A stretch of DNA of 64,000 nucleotides from Moniliella sp. 'wahieum' (Eukaryota). Position numbers and translations under genes: made by a program. Positions 10,104 to 22,477 of the stretch are shown here, piece after piece. Location: the NCBI GenBank assembly GCA_003971905.1, contig RSEE01000059.1:124001-188000 (forward strand), in the 5' to 3' direction. Numbering within the stretch: position 1 is the stretch's first letter; every line of letters begins with the position of its first letter. The notes beneath the pieces are model-generated. The model saw only the letters and a program-made list of their open reading frames with translations, was not told the DNA's origin and searched no databases.

Positions 10104-11395
10104 CTAGGAGAAGAGGGTGTGAAGGTGCCCCGAATGTGTATGGTCTTTTGTGTGGTTACTATGCCTGAAGAGAGGGGACCGTCGTCGAACTGTTTTGGCC
10201 ACAGAGAAAGGTGGAACAAAAATATGATGAACTGAGGTGGATAAGTAGGTGTGGGAGGGCTTGGGCAAGGACACGGCGTCTATTTCTTTGCTAACATGGG
10301 TAGGTGCTATGATAAGACGTGATGAGTATGTAGTACACAACAAGGGGGACACGGAAGTAAGAAAGGGAGTCAGAGTCAAGGCTTTTGACGGAGGGACAAT
10401 GGAGGACACGACAGGTACGAAGGATGTGTGACAAAAGAGGGAGACCAAAGACAGCTGTACTGCTCTGCAACCAGGGAACAGTGTGCACAAGAGAGAAGAA
10501 GTTGAGAGAAACCGGTTACGAGAGATGCAAAATTAAGATGAACTACTCGGGGGCAGCCAGAATGCCTGTTGTAGGAACGGAGACCAAGGAGGTAGGCCTC
10601 GGAGGTAAAGTGTAGGGGAACCCAATAGAAACTCTCGACGTCGCTTTCCCGCTAGTCTGGCGTGTCTCGCCCCATGGGCCCAAAAACGGTACGCTAGAGT
10701 AGCGGGTGCGAGAAACAAAGGTCGCCGAGACGGGCTGGTCGAAACGACGGGTGGGGGGAGAGGTGCTTTGGACGGCCGACAAGGATAGCACATCCCTCCC
10801 ATATCAGTCTGACAACCCCGCCCGAGTGCGGCCGGCATTCCCAGAAGAGGGGACCGGGTTGCCCCTCGATGAGAAACCCGGGGGCAAATCGAGGGTGTAG
10901 CCGGGTTGTCGGAATCGTCACTCTGTGTCGACGCCGAGTCCCGCTGCTCGTCCGTCAAGGAACTGCGGAACGAGCGAACGGAGCCACAGCGAAGTGTGAG
11001 CCGTCGCGAAAACAACAAATTGGATACGTCGGGGACCTGCAAACTGCCCGCGTCGAACCACGACAATCGATAGAACAGTACAGTTCGCGAGCAGCCGAAA
11101 CGGGTTTGGTACAGACGGTGCACACGTCGGGAAGCCAATCCGTGTCGGCTTGTGCTTTCATCAGGGCTGCATGAACTTCGGTGCTGGATCGCTTTGGCCG
11201 ACGCGGCCGAGGCCCAGAATGGCGAAGCTTGCTCCCTTCTCCCAGTCCTGACGCGGGGGTAGATGGGGCTGCTGGTTGCGCCTTGCTCAGTGAGCCGTTT
11301 TCAACGTGAGGAGGAGAGGGATCATGTTGATCAGACAGTTGTGGCTGGTTTGTGGGTTGCTCACCAATTCGGGGCAAACGCGTGGCATCCATCAT
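10104..11395 (-). CDS. Ser/Pro-rich protein with an Ecl1-like zinc motif (boundaries approximate)
   Basis: WLPDVCTVCTKPVSAARELYCSIDCR matches the CxxC...LYCSxxC pattern of Ecl1-family proteins. It continues through frameshifts and a probable GTAGTT..TGCAG intron near 10465-10546. Confidence 0.55.
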
Positions 11396-14300
11396 GGTAG
11401 TGTTGGGAGAACCCCTCAAATCGGTATAATGGTAGTTGTTTCGGAGGGTGTGGAAGGGAAAGTGTTTGATGTTCTCGACTCGGTTTGAGCCTGGACTTTT
11501 GAAAAGGTCTGGGCAAAGGGAATAGGGAATGAACGAGGGACTTTGGTGGGCGAATGAGAGTATGGAATGGTACGATATAGTACTCTTCAAACAGTGAGGG
11601 CCCATAGGCACGAGAAGCAACATAAGGTGACCTTACATTATATGCATAATGCATTTTCCGCGTTGAGCGCTTCGTCTCACAAATCTCACACCAACCACCG
11701 TGGGAGAGTGAAGGAGCGCATTGGCACCGCGCCGGGTGCCACAGATATGAATGTCACAAGTGATGTCACTAATCACTATGATCCACGAGTCACTAGTCAC
11801 ATTTAACAGTCACTTTGTGCGATAGCATTTGTGGTCCCGTCACGACAGTGTCACTGCAGGTCACGGCTTGGGGGGCGCAAGCGAGGGGCGAGATGGGCTA
11901 GATGCCGAAAGACGAGACGGCGCACGGCGCAGGAGGTGTCACAAAAAATCTCGTTCTTCCAGGTAGCCTGTAAGCAAAACACACTTGATTGTTGCGGACG
12001 TTGTGAAACGCAACAAAGCAATCCACACCCTACATTAGAGGGCCGACCGATCAGTATACTTGCTGCTGTTACAGAAAACATTCTCAAACAGCTGGATGTG
12101 AAGGAAAAGAAGACAAGACGTGAGGTGGGAGGAATCTCAGCAGGCGTACTACGGACTACCGAGTGATGAGATCTGAGACCAAAGGTGCGTTCGGATAATG
12201 ATCAAGAATGGAAGTGGAAACCAACCCTGAGACTCAGGCACAAAAGAGGGTGTGCGTGCGTATGATACCGGGAAAGGTGGTATGGCCGGTACCAGGTACA
12301 CGAAAGGATGGTGGAACACCTGGAGAAGGAGCTGCTTCGACTGGCGCTCGCCTTTATTCGAGAGCTCGTCACATTTCACAGAAACTCAGTGCAGTTTATT
12401 GTGGCCCCCGGTCCACAACGCACCCTATCCAGCATCATTTGCATGATTATGCATTATCGACATACTCGATATATTATCGCACCTGCTGGGGATCAGGTTC
12501 AAGGAACCATCTCAGGCCTGAGCCTCAGGCCTGAGAGACTCAGGGACTCAGAATCCACCAGTCACAGACGCCACCACAATGAACGTACTGATGAGTTCTG
12601 AGTATAGTACTGATGCAAAACTCTGAGGCCCTCTCATATTCATATACCTCAGGCCGATCCGGACCAGTACCGCTCAGGCTCAGAGTAGGCAAAGCACCGT
12701 ATAGAGCTTGCATCTCTGATCGAAGCTCGAAGTTGGAAACGCTTCTGCGCGTTCCACGTTTCGAAGACATGTTAGGTGTTATCTATGAACTGATAGGCTA
12801 TAGTGTCGCGTGACTTGAAGCCTCAGGTGCGCTCACAGTGACAATATACCTTTGTGCCCGTAGAGCGCTGGTTGTGGAGAGGCGCAAAGATGTGGCGTGC
12901 GTATGATTACAAGCACACACGATCACGTCTCCTTCCGTCTCCCTTGTGCATGAGGAAGAGCGTTAGTAGTCCCAAACGTTCGACACCCCCCGTGGCTATG
13001 TATAACTTCGCGTCAGGCTAGTGCGCGCTCAAGGCCATCACGTGAATCACGCGGCGAATGTGCCCATGTTTCACAACTCTTCCCTATGCTCGATCTGTTG
13101 TTATAGTAATAGAGCACGTATTAGTAACGTATGGAGACGCCAGTTTTTAATGCTCGAGCTATACTATAGTTCGACTATAGTTATTGTTGATCTTTTCTCC
13201 CGTGGTGACTTTACTGGCTGACTCTCCTCGCCTTTTGGACAGTGTACCTCACATCTTGCTGTGTCACATGTCACATGCACTTCTGTCACATGTCACGCAC
13301 AGCCACTAAGTATCGGTCACGTTCCTAGTCTTCACCGGGCCGCAACAAGCCGAAAAATATAGAAACCCCACTCCGTTTCTGTGACGTGTACTTCGGCTTG
13401 TGGGCATATAGCTCCCTCTCGACTTGTGTGGACATCTAGTACCAAGACTGGTGCACTGCTGCTTGGACTGGTGAGTGGCCCTGTGGACGCCATCAGTGGG
13501 ACAGTTGTAGCCCTGTAGCCGCCATCTGTTACTGACATGCGGGATCGTACGGGGCGAGTGTTTACGCTGGACGATTCTGCTCCGAATCAGCGGGGCCAGT
13601 TGAGCTAGAAATTAGATCGGCATGGCACAGAGCGGTCATGGCAAGAATGGGGTCAGGGCCTCGATGGCCAATGCCGCTGTGTAGCACCCAGTCTCACCAA
13701 TCCATCCTCTTGAATCTGGGCCCTTTCCGGTGCACAGCAGGTAGTTCAGCCCCCCACAAAGCGATGGGGCGGATCACAACTCAAAGCAGGGCCGTGGCAG
13801 ATGCACTTGGTGGGCACACAGGCCCCGCCCCAACGTCAGGTCTGAATGTGAGGATCAAAGTGGACAAGTAAGGTGGTCCAAATCCAACGGAACTGTCCGG
13901 CGTGTCGGCCACAGGGCGGTGCCCGGAGGTGCGACACGGGCTGCATGGGTGGTAGGATGAGCGCGGTCTGGTGGTAGTGCCAAAGGCTGTGGCCCAACGG
14001 ATCTTCAACCTGTTCGCCTCTCCAAGCCTAACCCTGCTCTCCAGCTTGGAACGGCGCCTTGGACGAAACACTTGCCTGGTACAGCAAAGTAAGGTGAACA
14101 TAATGCACCTATATACTTCATCTATTACCCAGAGGTCTTCTTCCATAACCTTTGGATTCTCGACGTGCTACCCAAATATATATCCACGCCAGTGTCACGA
14201 CGGATGCCTTGACTGGGGTCGTCTCGTTTTTTTGCGCCGTCCAGATCTCAAAATCCGGGCTGGTTTCACCAGTTGGGCGTCGGGCGTCAAGCATCTGATG

Positions 14301-14649
14301 TCTTGGTGGGGTCTTCATCTGGGGGAGGACAGCGCCCTGATACTCTCGAAGGAAAGTGTCTGTGGTTATTGCTTCCAAAACAGAGGTACCGGGCCAGTCC
14401 CGTCTCATCAGAGATTCCCATTGAGCAATTAACGCCCTGACCCATCCCCCTCAGGATATGAGACACAGACCAAAACAGCGTATTTTTATTTTTGGATTTG
14501 ATGCATAGTAGTATGCTTTTCTCTACCTGTTACGGGCTCCGGATCTAATCCAATTAAATACCGCCTCCCCCTCCTCTTCTCTCCCTCCTCCTCATCACCA
14601 CCATCCATCCCCTCCCCTCCCCTATACCCGTTTCCCTGTCACCTTACGG

Positions 14650-14706
14650 CCTACCCGCTACCCACAGTCGCCTCACGACCTACCTGCTACCCAGTCGCCT
14701 CACGAC
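14650..14706 (+). repeat. imperfect tandem duplication (~28 bp x2)
   Basis: CCTACCCGCTACCCACAGTCGCCTCACGA followed by CCTACCTGCTACCCAGTCGCCTCACGA. Confidence 0.85.
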
Positions 14707-14797
14707 GATCTTGCCTGTATCCTCAAGCAACGCAGCCCACGCCAGCGGTGGCAGTGCGCCGCTCCATTCCAGCGCCAATAAGCGCACCCGGGCGGAT

Positions 14798-16299
14798 ATG
14801 GAGGCCGATGACATCTTCCAATCCGACGTCTTTGACCGGCCGGCAAAACGAGTATGTACCCTTCATCGTTTCACTCACACTGGGCGACGCAGCCATCCTA
14901 ACACGAAAAAACTGCTTCCGACGGTCCATTCACCCCCCACCGTTTTACCGGGCCCCCCGCCGCGGCTGATTCATCCAGCCCCAGGGCCAAGTGCCCATTT
15001 TTCATCGTTCCTGCGGGACGAGGATGAAGGTGAGGACGGGGGCTCGTACCCCCCCCGTCCTACCAAGAAGCTGCGCTCAAAACCGATCCCCAATAAACCT
15101 GAGCCCAAGTGGAAGTCGAAGCTCAAGGCTACCTTGCCCCGCGAGCGAGAGGCGCCCGGTGAACGATTGCTTTTTCCGCCTCTGACCCCGAAGGACCATG
15201 ATCCGAGGGCTCGGACGCAGCGGAAGCGTACCGCCATGTTCAACGCCGAGACCTCGAGGTGATCCTCCATCGGTTTGAACAACATCTCCAACAATTTGGA
15301 GCCAAAGAGTGTGACAGCAACACTGCATCCTCCGAATCTTCAGAAGATGAGTGGGACGGGGAGGTGAATGAGGAATACTCTGAGCCCCATGAGTCCTCGG
15401 TGCAGGACCTGATCAACATGGGAGCGCCATTATGCCCGTTTGGCCTGAACGACGACTTCTTCCGTCCCACAAGTCCGAGAAGAGGACGAGGCGGACACAA
15501 CCAACAGTGGGCCACCAAACCCACACCTTGCGTCCCCTTTGTTAGTGCCGCTCTCCCCACATTGGCGGAGAAGGAGGTGGACGAAGCTGTCTCGACAAGC
15601 AACGGCGACCCTCTGAGTCCTATACTTTCGCTTATGGCCCCCGACGACCGGGAGGGAAGTGGGGAGACTGATTCGTATGAAGAAGACGAAAGCGATGTGC
15701 GCCTCTTCCCTCACCCTGATCCCCTACGCCCGTACGCCCCAGGATGTGCACAGACGAACGGCGACAGGTTCCACCCCTTCTGGCACGGCACTCTTCTTTC
15801 TTCCCAATCCACACTGCAGGAGTTTGCAGCACAGCAAGTGGGAGACCCATCGCTTCACCATCTGTCTAAGAAGCAGCAAAGCAAGTTTTTCAACGGCCCG
15901 GAATGGAACCGCCACCAAGTATTGAAATCGAAGATTGCAGCAGCGACCTTGGAGAAGGACCAGCGGAGCGTGGTCGTGTGGCGCGTGGAGGCGAGGCCAC
16001 TCAAAAGGCCATGCGAGCCAGCTCACCTTGTCGAGGCCAAGATGCTGACTGAGTTTGATTGCAGTGTTACGTGGCCAAGGCCCCATAGCACGCAAGCCTG
16101 GGTGCTAGGCATCGAGCTGATCCCGCTGGATAACACGGGGCGGTACTGGCCCCCTTGGCTGACCAAGGTGATGGGGATGGATGCACACCACTTGGCCAAT
16201 CTGGAGCCTGGCCTCCACCTCTTTGTCGTGGCCCTGATTTATGCGCCTACTTTCTTCCCACCTGAGAAAAAACGGCGGAAGAGCACTCAATCTGTGTAG
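14798..16299 (+). CDS. hypothetical protein (two ORFs probably joined by a frameshift near 15250)
   Basis: 183-aa and 346-aa abutting ORFs with protein-like composition (basic NLS-like patches, acidic tracts, globular-looking C-terminus), preceded by TTAAATA and a CT-rich leader. No family recognised. Confidence 0.5.
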
Positions 16300-17882
16300 T
16301 GCAAGTGCCTTATTGTTCTACTTTTCCTTTTTTTGTGGCCTATGGATGACTCCAATCAGTTTCTCATCTCGCCCCTATTACCCTCCATCTCCCGAATTGT
16401 GGTTGAGACCCACCCCACCCCACCCCATCGGATGGATGTACACCACCCTTCCGAGTGCAGTTCCAGAATGTATGGCGGTTTGACTTGTCCATTTGGCCCA
16501 CAACTCTAATCATGATGTATAGCAGAGGATTTATAGGAAAGCGACGAATGAACTCACCGTCATCAGAAAAAGGTAGCTCGGCTCCATCCCCATCTCCATG
16601 TTTTGACGTGCTGTCTTGATGCATCCATCCAAGCTCATACTGATTTACATATCCTTTGGGGTATATGTGACCGCCACGTTTTTGCTCACTTCCTTCTCAA
16701 CCAATTACTTTACTCGCACAGCCATTGACTTTCGTCGGCAGTATATAGTATGGGAATGTACACGTCGGACCACCGATCGCCTTTCGCCACCCGCCCCCGG
16801 AACCGGCTGTGGCAGCCCAAGAGATGCACTGTACCATCCCGCCATTGCAGCTCTCCTGCATCCTCCCAACCCTGCTACTGCTCCCGGTTTCCATCCACCC
16901 CCTCTGGAGATATCCGCTTCCATTCTGGGCGCCTCTTCAGCCAGAAAACCAAACTAAGCCCGTATACGTCTTTCTCTCGGCCACAATGGGCCTAGTGCTT
17001 TTAGCACGTAGCATGAACGAACTACAAGGATGTGGTAAGACGGCAGTGTATACCGGGACCATGCTCGGTCGTCAAAGTATTATATACGTTCATCCCCCCG
17101 GCGTTTCAGCTCTCACGCAATCGGGAAACTTCCGCAGGGCAGGGTCGTGCACCACTCATCATCCAGTATTTCCAATGCAGCACCTGGCGGTATGGATCAT
17201 CGACTTAGCAGACAAGTGCGCGATGAAACCCCTCTACTGGCACATCCTGGCGCATCTTCGCAATAACGAGATAAACTAATAGACTTGTCAGCTATTTGAA
17301 TCAAGGTCTCTGTAATTTTCTTTGTGGTGAAATCGCAGCCTCGTGTCTGCATTTCCGAAAATACGTTCTTGCTAAACGAAGGTCGAGTTCTGATACAGAG
17401 GAACGGTTGAAGCACGAAGCTCTCGATGCTCGAAGCCGTGGTGCGATCTATACACAGCACATATGCATATCTGGGGGTAATTGCTGTCATGTTTGGCTGA
17501 TCTCGCTCCCATTTCCAATTTCTTCGTCTCGAGCGTCTCGCTCCTTCCTGTTCCTTCCACTTCGCACCATGTCCTCTGTTCTTGCTTCTTCCCCACGAAC
17601 GATTGCTACACCCCTTGGCCTAGTCCGATCCTGGTCTCCCTCGCCTTAGCCCGGACTGCGACAATTGCAAGCCTGGCCACAGAGAGATTCTCCATGGCAA
17701 AAATGAAACCTGTATTTTCTTTCTCTTATAACGCGGGTGTAATGCCAATGAAGCAGTCGCACCACGCCGCACCACCTCACCAGTTGAATTGGAACCAATT
17801 CCGCCCCAGCGGAACCGCCAAATTTTTCGGACAATGCTAACCAACTCCCCCACTCCATTTGCCTCTACTACCACCAGCAGCC

Positions 17883-19007
17883 ATGCCGGCCCAGCCAAGG
17901 CGATCAGCAGGTGCAGCGCGCCCTGCAGCGCGCAACATAGCAGCCACTTCTGCTCACAAAACCAGTGTGCTTGAATCTGCTTCTGACGTGGCCTCCGACT
18001 CGTCCGACTCGTCCGGCTCGGACTCCGACTCAGACTCCACTTCGGATGCAGACTCGGATTCGGATGCCTCGTCCTCGTCCACGAGCGATGCCGAAAGCTC
18101 AGAGCTTAACCTTGATACTCTCGCCACTGAAGCGAGCGAGTCGCTTTCTCGAGAAAAGCAAGAACGCATGGCGGCCTCCCATGCGGCCTTCGCTACGGAG
18201 GATATGATTGGCTTTGACGAGGCACCCTCCAGCGAGGGGGCCGTCGACGCAGCTGGCCAGCTGCCCCCGCTGCCCCCGCCCAAGGAAACGGAAGAACAAA
18301 TCAAGAGCCTCGCGGCACAGTACACGGCTTCTCATCCTAGCTTGGGCCAAACCATGGCCCAGCAGTCCGTCGCGGCCCATGGGTCGGACCGGACGCGACT
18401 CGACTGGGCCTTGCCCAAAAAGACAGCGAAAAAAATGCGGGCAGCCGAACGCGCCATGACGGCAGGCAAGAAATGGTATGGCATGCCTGCTGTCATTCCT
18501 GCTGGTGGGCCGGCTTCGCGGTCTCTCACTGGTCCTTCGACGACCGACCTGGCCCGGAATGGGGATCGGTCCTTGCTCACCAAAGGTGGCGCGGCTGCCG
18601 TCGCGGGCGATGCACGCTACCAAACCGCTGCCGAGATCCGAAGAGAGATGGTGGCGATACGGTTGCGCAACGCAATGGATCCCAAACGGTTCTTCCGTGG
18701 CCATCAAAAGAAACTCGACATTCCGCCCTATGCCCAGATTGGTACGGTGATTGCCTCGGCCTTTGCACCTAGGCAGCAGCTTGGACGGGGCGAGCGGGGC
18801 CGGACTGTGGTGGAGGAAGTTATGCGTGACTCCCAGACCACCGAGTATGCACGACGAAAAATGGCACAGGTACGTTCATCGCTTTCCAGTGGCGGGGCGA
18901 GACTGACGCTAACTCCCCTTTCTTAGATGTCGTCGGCACGCACACCACGGGGGCGGACCAAGTACCGCACCAAAGGCAAAAAACAAAAGTCATCGAGCCA
19001 GCGCTAG
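17883..19007 (+). CDS. FCF2: Fcf2 pre-rRNA processing protein
   Basis: Motifs TAGKKWYGMP, IRLRNAMDPKRFFR, PPYAQIGTVI and RTVVEEVMRD..YARRK. Intron 18870-18926; basic C-terminal exon ends TAG at 19005-19007. Confidence 0.9.
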
Positions 19008-19178
19008 CGCCACCATCATACCAATTCCATCCTTCCTCCGTTTTAATGGGATCGTTCCATCATGATATCTACAGCTCAAACGGGCACATGAGAAGGGAGG
19101 GGGGAGGGGATGCAAGCTGTCTCCAGAAAAGATAATTGTCCAGCAGGCAACAGAAGCAGTGTTAGATCTCAGATCAAG

Positions 19179-22100
19179 TTAGTACAGGGCCAAGAGGCTA
19201 TGAAGTCCGGGAGGTAGCGTTCCTTCACCGAGTTGGCGAGAAGGGGCGTGGGTTGGCATACGCGTATACCGAAGCATGAGGTTGAGGCTGAGACGAAGCG
19301 CTATGATGAGGTAGCCCATACCGAGGACAGGGCTGACCTTGTTGGTAGCCTTGTTGGGCTTGCTGGGAGACTGCACTTGTGTCAGTCCAGCAGGGTGTTT
19401 GTCTTCGTTCGCGGATGGAGAGGAGCTTGAGGCAACACGAGCTTCCCATTGCTGAATCGCATGTCCCACTGAGCCCGCCTGGCCTGGCCCTGCTCCTTGG
19501 ACGCGGGCATCGTAGTCCTGCATGCGAAGGGGTTGGGATCCGAGATTGTGTCCCACGGGAGCATGGCTGGGAGGCGCAGTACCACCCGTAGGCGAAGCAG
19601 AAGGTACATGATGTGCACCTAACCAAGCAGCGGAGTTAGGTGCCGTACTCGCTCTCACGGGCGAGGGTTGTCGGGGGGGGGCGAGGATGGAATGAAGTGC
19701 GATCCGTGGGGGATGCGCGTGGGGGACGGAGAACGCGATGGGGAAGGACTACTGTGCGTTCCTGAGGTCCTCGTACGGGCGACCAAGGCCGGTCTCGGTG
19801 CCTCTTGGGAGACGAAGAAGAAGGGGAAGCGGGAGGGTGGCCTGGTACCGCAGAGAAGTGTGAGGGATGGGCACCTTTCTGCGAGTGAGCCGGCGAATCG
19901 GGTCGAGACAGAAAGGGGAGGCATGGACCCGAACTTTGTGCCTGTGGGCTGGCAGGGCGAGAGGAGGGGTGGCCTCGAGAAGCAGAGGCAGTGGGCGATC
20001 CAGGCACTGCCCCGGGTGTAGGGAGGGGCCGAGAGGGTGAGGCGGCGCGACGCGAGCAAAGGGGGAGATGGCAGGCAAGGCCTGGGTTGAACAGGAGCCA
20101 GCACAGGGGCGGGCACAACAGGCACAGGATCGCGGCCAGCGCCCTGGTGCGCAGGGCGATGCCGCAGGTACGGCTGGGGTGGATTGGATGGTTGGCTCGG
20201 ATGGGATGGTTGGGGTGGGTGGGAGTGTGCCGGAGATCCAGTTGGCCCTGGTGGTAGCAAACGATACTAGAGGAGCACGGGGATCGGCGAGGACCAGACA
20301 GGCGGGATCGTTGGAAGCTGGCGATCACGTGGTGAAGATGGGGCCGGCATCGGTGCGGGATGGACCATGGACGTAGCCACTGGTGAAGGCAGCGACGTGG
20401 ACGGCATAGGTGTTGTGGCTGAGGACCCTGCCGGGACGCTGCGATAGCCATGGGCCGAGCAATCTGGGGTGGAGGGGCTTGGGCACTGGCCCCACCAGCG
20501 GGAGAAACTGCTCGTGGCGGAGACGGAGAGTTTACTGCGGTAACTGACGACATTACTCCTTCCTCTTGCCCGAGGGGTCGGTACGGACAAGCCACTGAGT
20601 GACCTCGGCGGGCAAACGGATGCCAACCTGCTGGGCGAGGAAAACATGATGGGCAATGGTGAGGTGGAGAGCAGGATAGTACTGCTTACTGGCCCGGCGA
20701 AGGACTGAGAGAATGCGGGGCCAACCCGAATTGAGGAGGTAGGTAAACATACTCTTGGCTAGATCCGGTGCACTAGGGCCGAGCCTTTGGGCGATGGTGT
20801 TGAACAAAGTGAGATGCGAACCAAGGTAGGCAGCAGCCGAAAACTCGACCCCGTGGGTCATACCCCCAGGCACAGTGGGGCGCAGAACCAGCTTGGGGTC
20901 CAGATCACTCCAAGTCCAGATTGAGTTGGATGGGTGACAGAAGGCCCAAAAGTGTGTCCGGATCGTCTTGGCAATCTCAGTCAGCCAGGGATGTAAGGGC
21001 CGGGGTTGATGGGCCGCCTTAATGAAGCTGACCACTGACATGGCGTCTGGGTCGCGTGGGGAGTGGATCAGTGCATAGGCGAGCTGCGCTCCGGTGGGCA
21101 CAAACGAACCGGAGCGAGATGCGGAAGAGTCCATCATTTGATCAAGTGCCTCACTTGGCTTGCGGGAGGCAGCAACTGCAGGAACGATTGACGCTGAGGA
21201 AGGGGCATCAATCTCAGCCAATACGCAAAGAAGATCAACAATCAACTTTCGTGTATCAATCCCCCGGTTTCTTGGGGGATAGAAGCAGATCCGAAAGCTC
21301 TGCGAAAGGTGAGGGTAGACGGGATGCCAAGATGGCGCGGCCATCCTACAGACTGAGGTTAGTTACGGTCATGCAATGTTGAGGAGTGAAGAACGCACCT
21401 TGGTGTTGGACAAGACCAGCAAGCAGCGCAGGATCTCGTGTAGCAATAGGTCATCATGCTGCTCCTCGCGCCATTCGAGCTGTAGTAGATTGGAGAGGAT
21501 AGTGAGCAGCGCATCAAACCCGCTTGCGCCGCGTGGCATCGGGGCTGCAAAAGCAGTGGCCCACGAGGGTGACTCTGCCGTCAAGACAGCACGAAGGGAT
21601 TTGACTTGACGAATGTCGAGCTGAGTGGCGGGCGCACTGCGCAGCATGTCTGCATACCACCGCGGCGGCTGAGCGCGGGCGTGGGGATGCGCGGCAAGGG
21701 GCTGGTTGTGCGACTTGGGCTTCCGCTGCGGCTGGCAGCGGGGCTTCCTGAGATGATGGGGGACGGGGTGCGACTGGGTACCAGGCTGGGGCGTGGACTG
21801 GCGCTCATGCTTACTGGGCTGCGGCTGCGGCTGCGGCTCCTGTCGCGGCTGCTGCGCGCCGCCTTGACAACGCGGCCAAGGGTGCCGAAGTTGAGCCCCT
21901 TTGGGGGCGGCGGAGGGCTGTCGGCATGAGCGCTAGGGGGGCCGGTAAAGAGCATGTTGGCAGGCGGAGGGGCAGGCGGGGCGAGGCGAGTGCTGCTGGG
22001 CTGGGCGGGGCGCGGGCGGGGGCGGGGGAGGAGGGAGAGACGGCAAGCGCAGTGGCGCCGGCGAGGAGCTGGGCCTTGAGGGCGGGGTCGAGCCCCGAGA

Positions 22101-22260
22101 GGCGCGGACGCTGGGCGGGGCCGACGTCGAACTGGTCGAGCAGCGCGCCAAAGTCGGCGTCGATGTCGGGGGAGGCATGGGCAGCGTGCGGGTGGTGGCG
22201 GGGGGCGCGAGGGGTGTTGATCGCCCGGCGGCGGGAGGCCCAGCGGGGTGCTAGGGACGC
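19179..22260 (-). CDS. Diaphanous GTPase-binding-domain (Drf_GBD) protein without FH2, Rid1-like (start uncertain)
   Basis: IDADFGALLDQF..LDPALKAQLL, VKSLRAVLTAESPSWATAF, GFDALL..L.EWREEQHDDLLLHEILRCL, RKLIVDLL and VPGGMTHGVEF; Pro-rich tail. Confidence 0.7.
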
Positions 22261-22477
22261 TCAAATACCAGGTGGCGCAGGGGGCGTGTGTTGGGTGGCA
22301 ATTCTACATCTTAGGTAAGCCCCGACTCCACATTTCCACCGGCCCGAACCACAGAAGAGCGTCTCCAGCACACGCGCGACAAGCACCGCGCACGCCGCCG
22401 CCGCTGCCACCACCACCTCCCCGGCCATGCCGCCCGATGAGCACGAGCTGCATACGAGCGGCGCCTACACCGACGGC

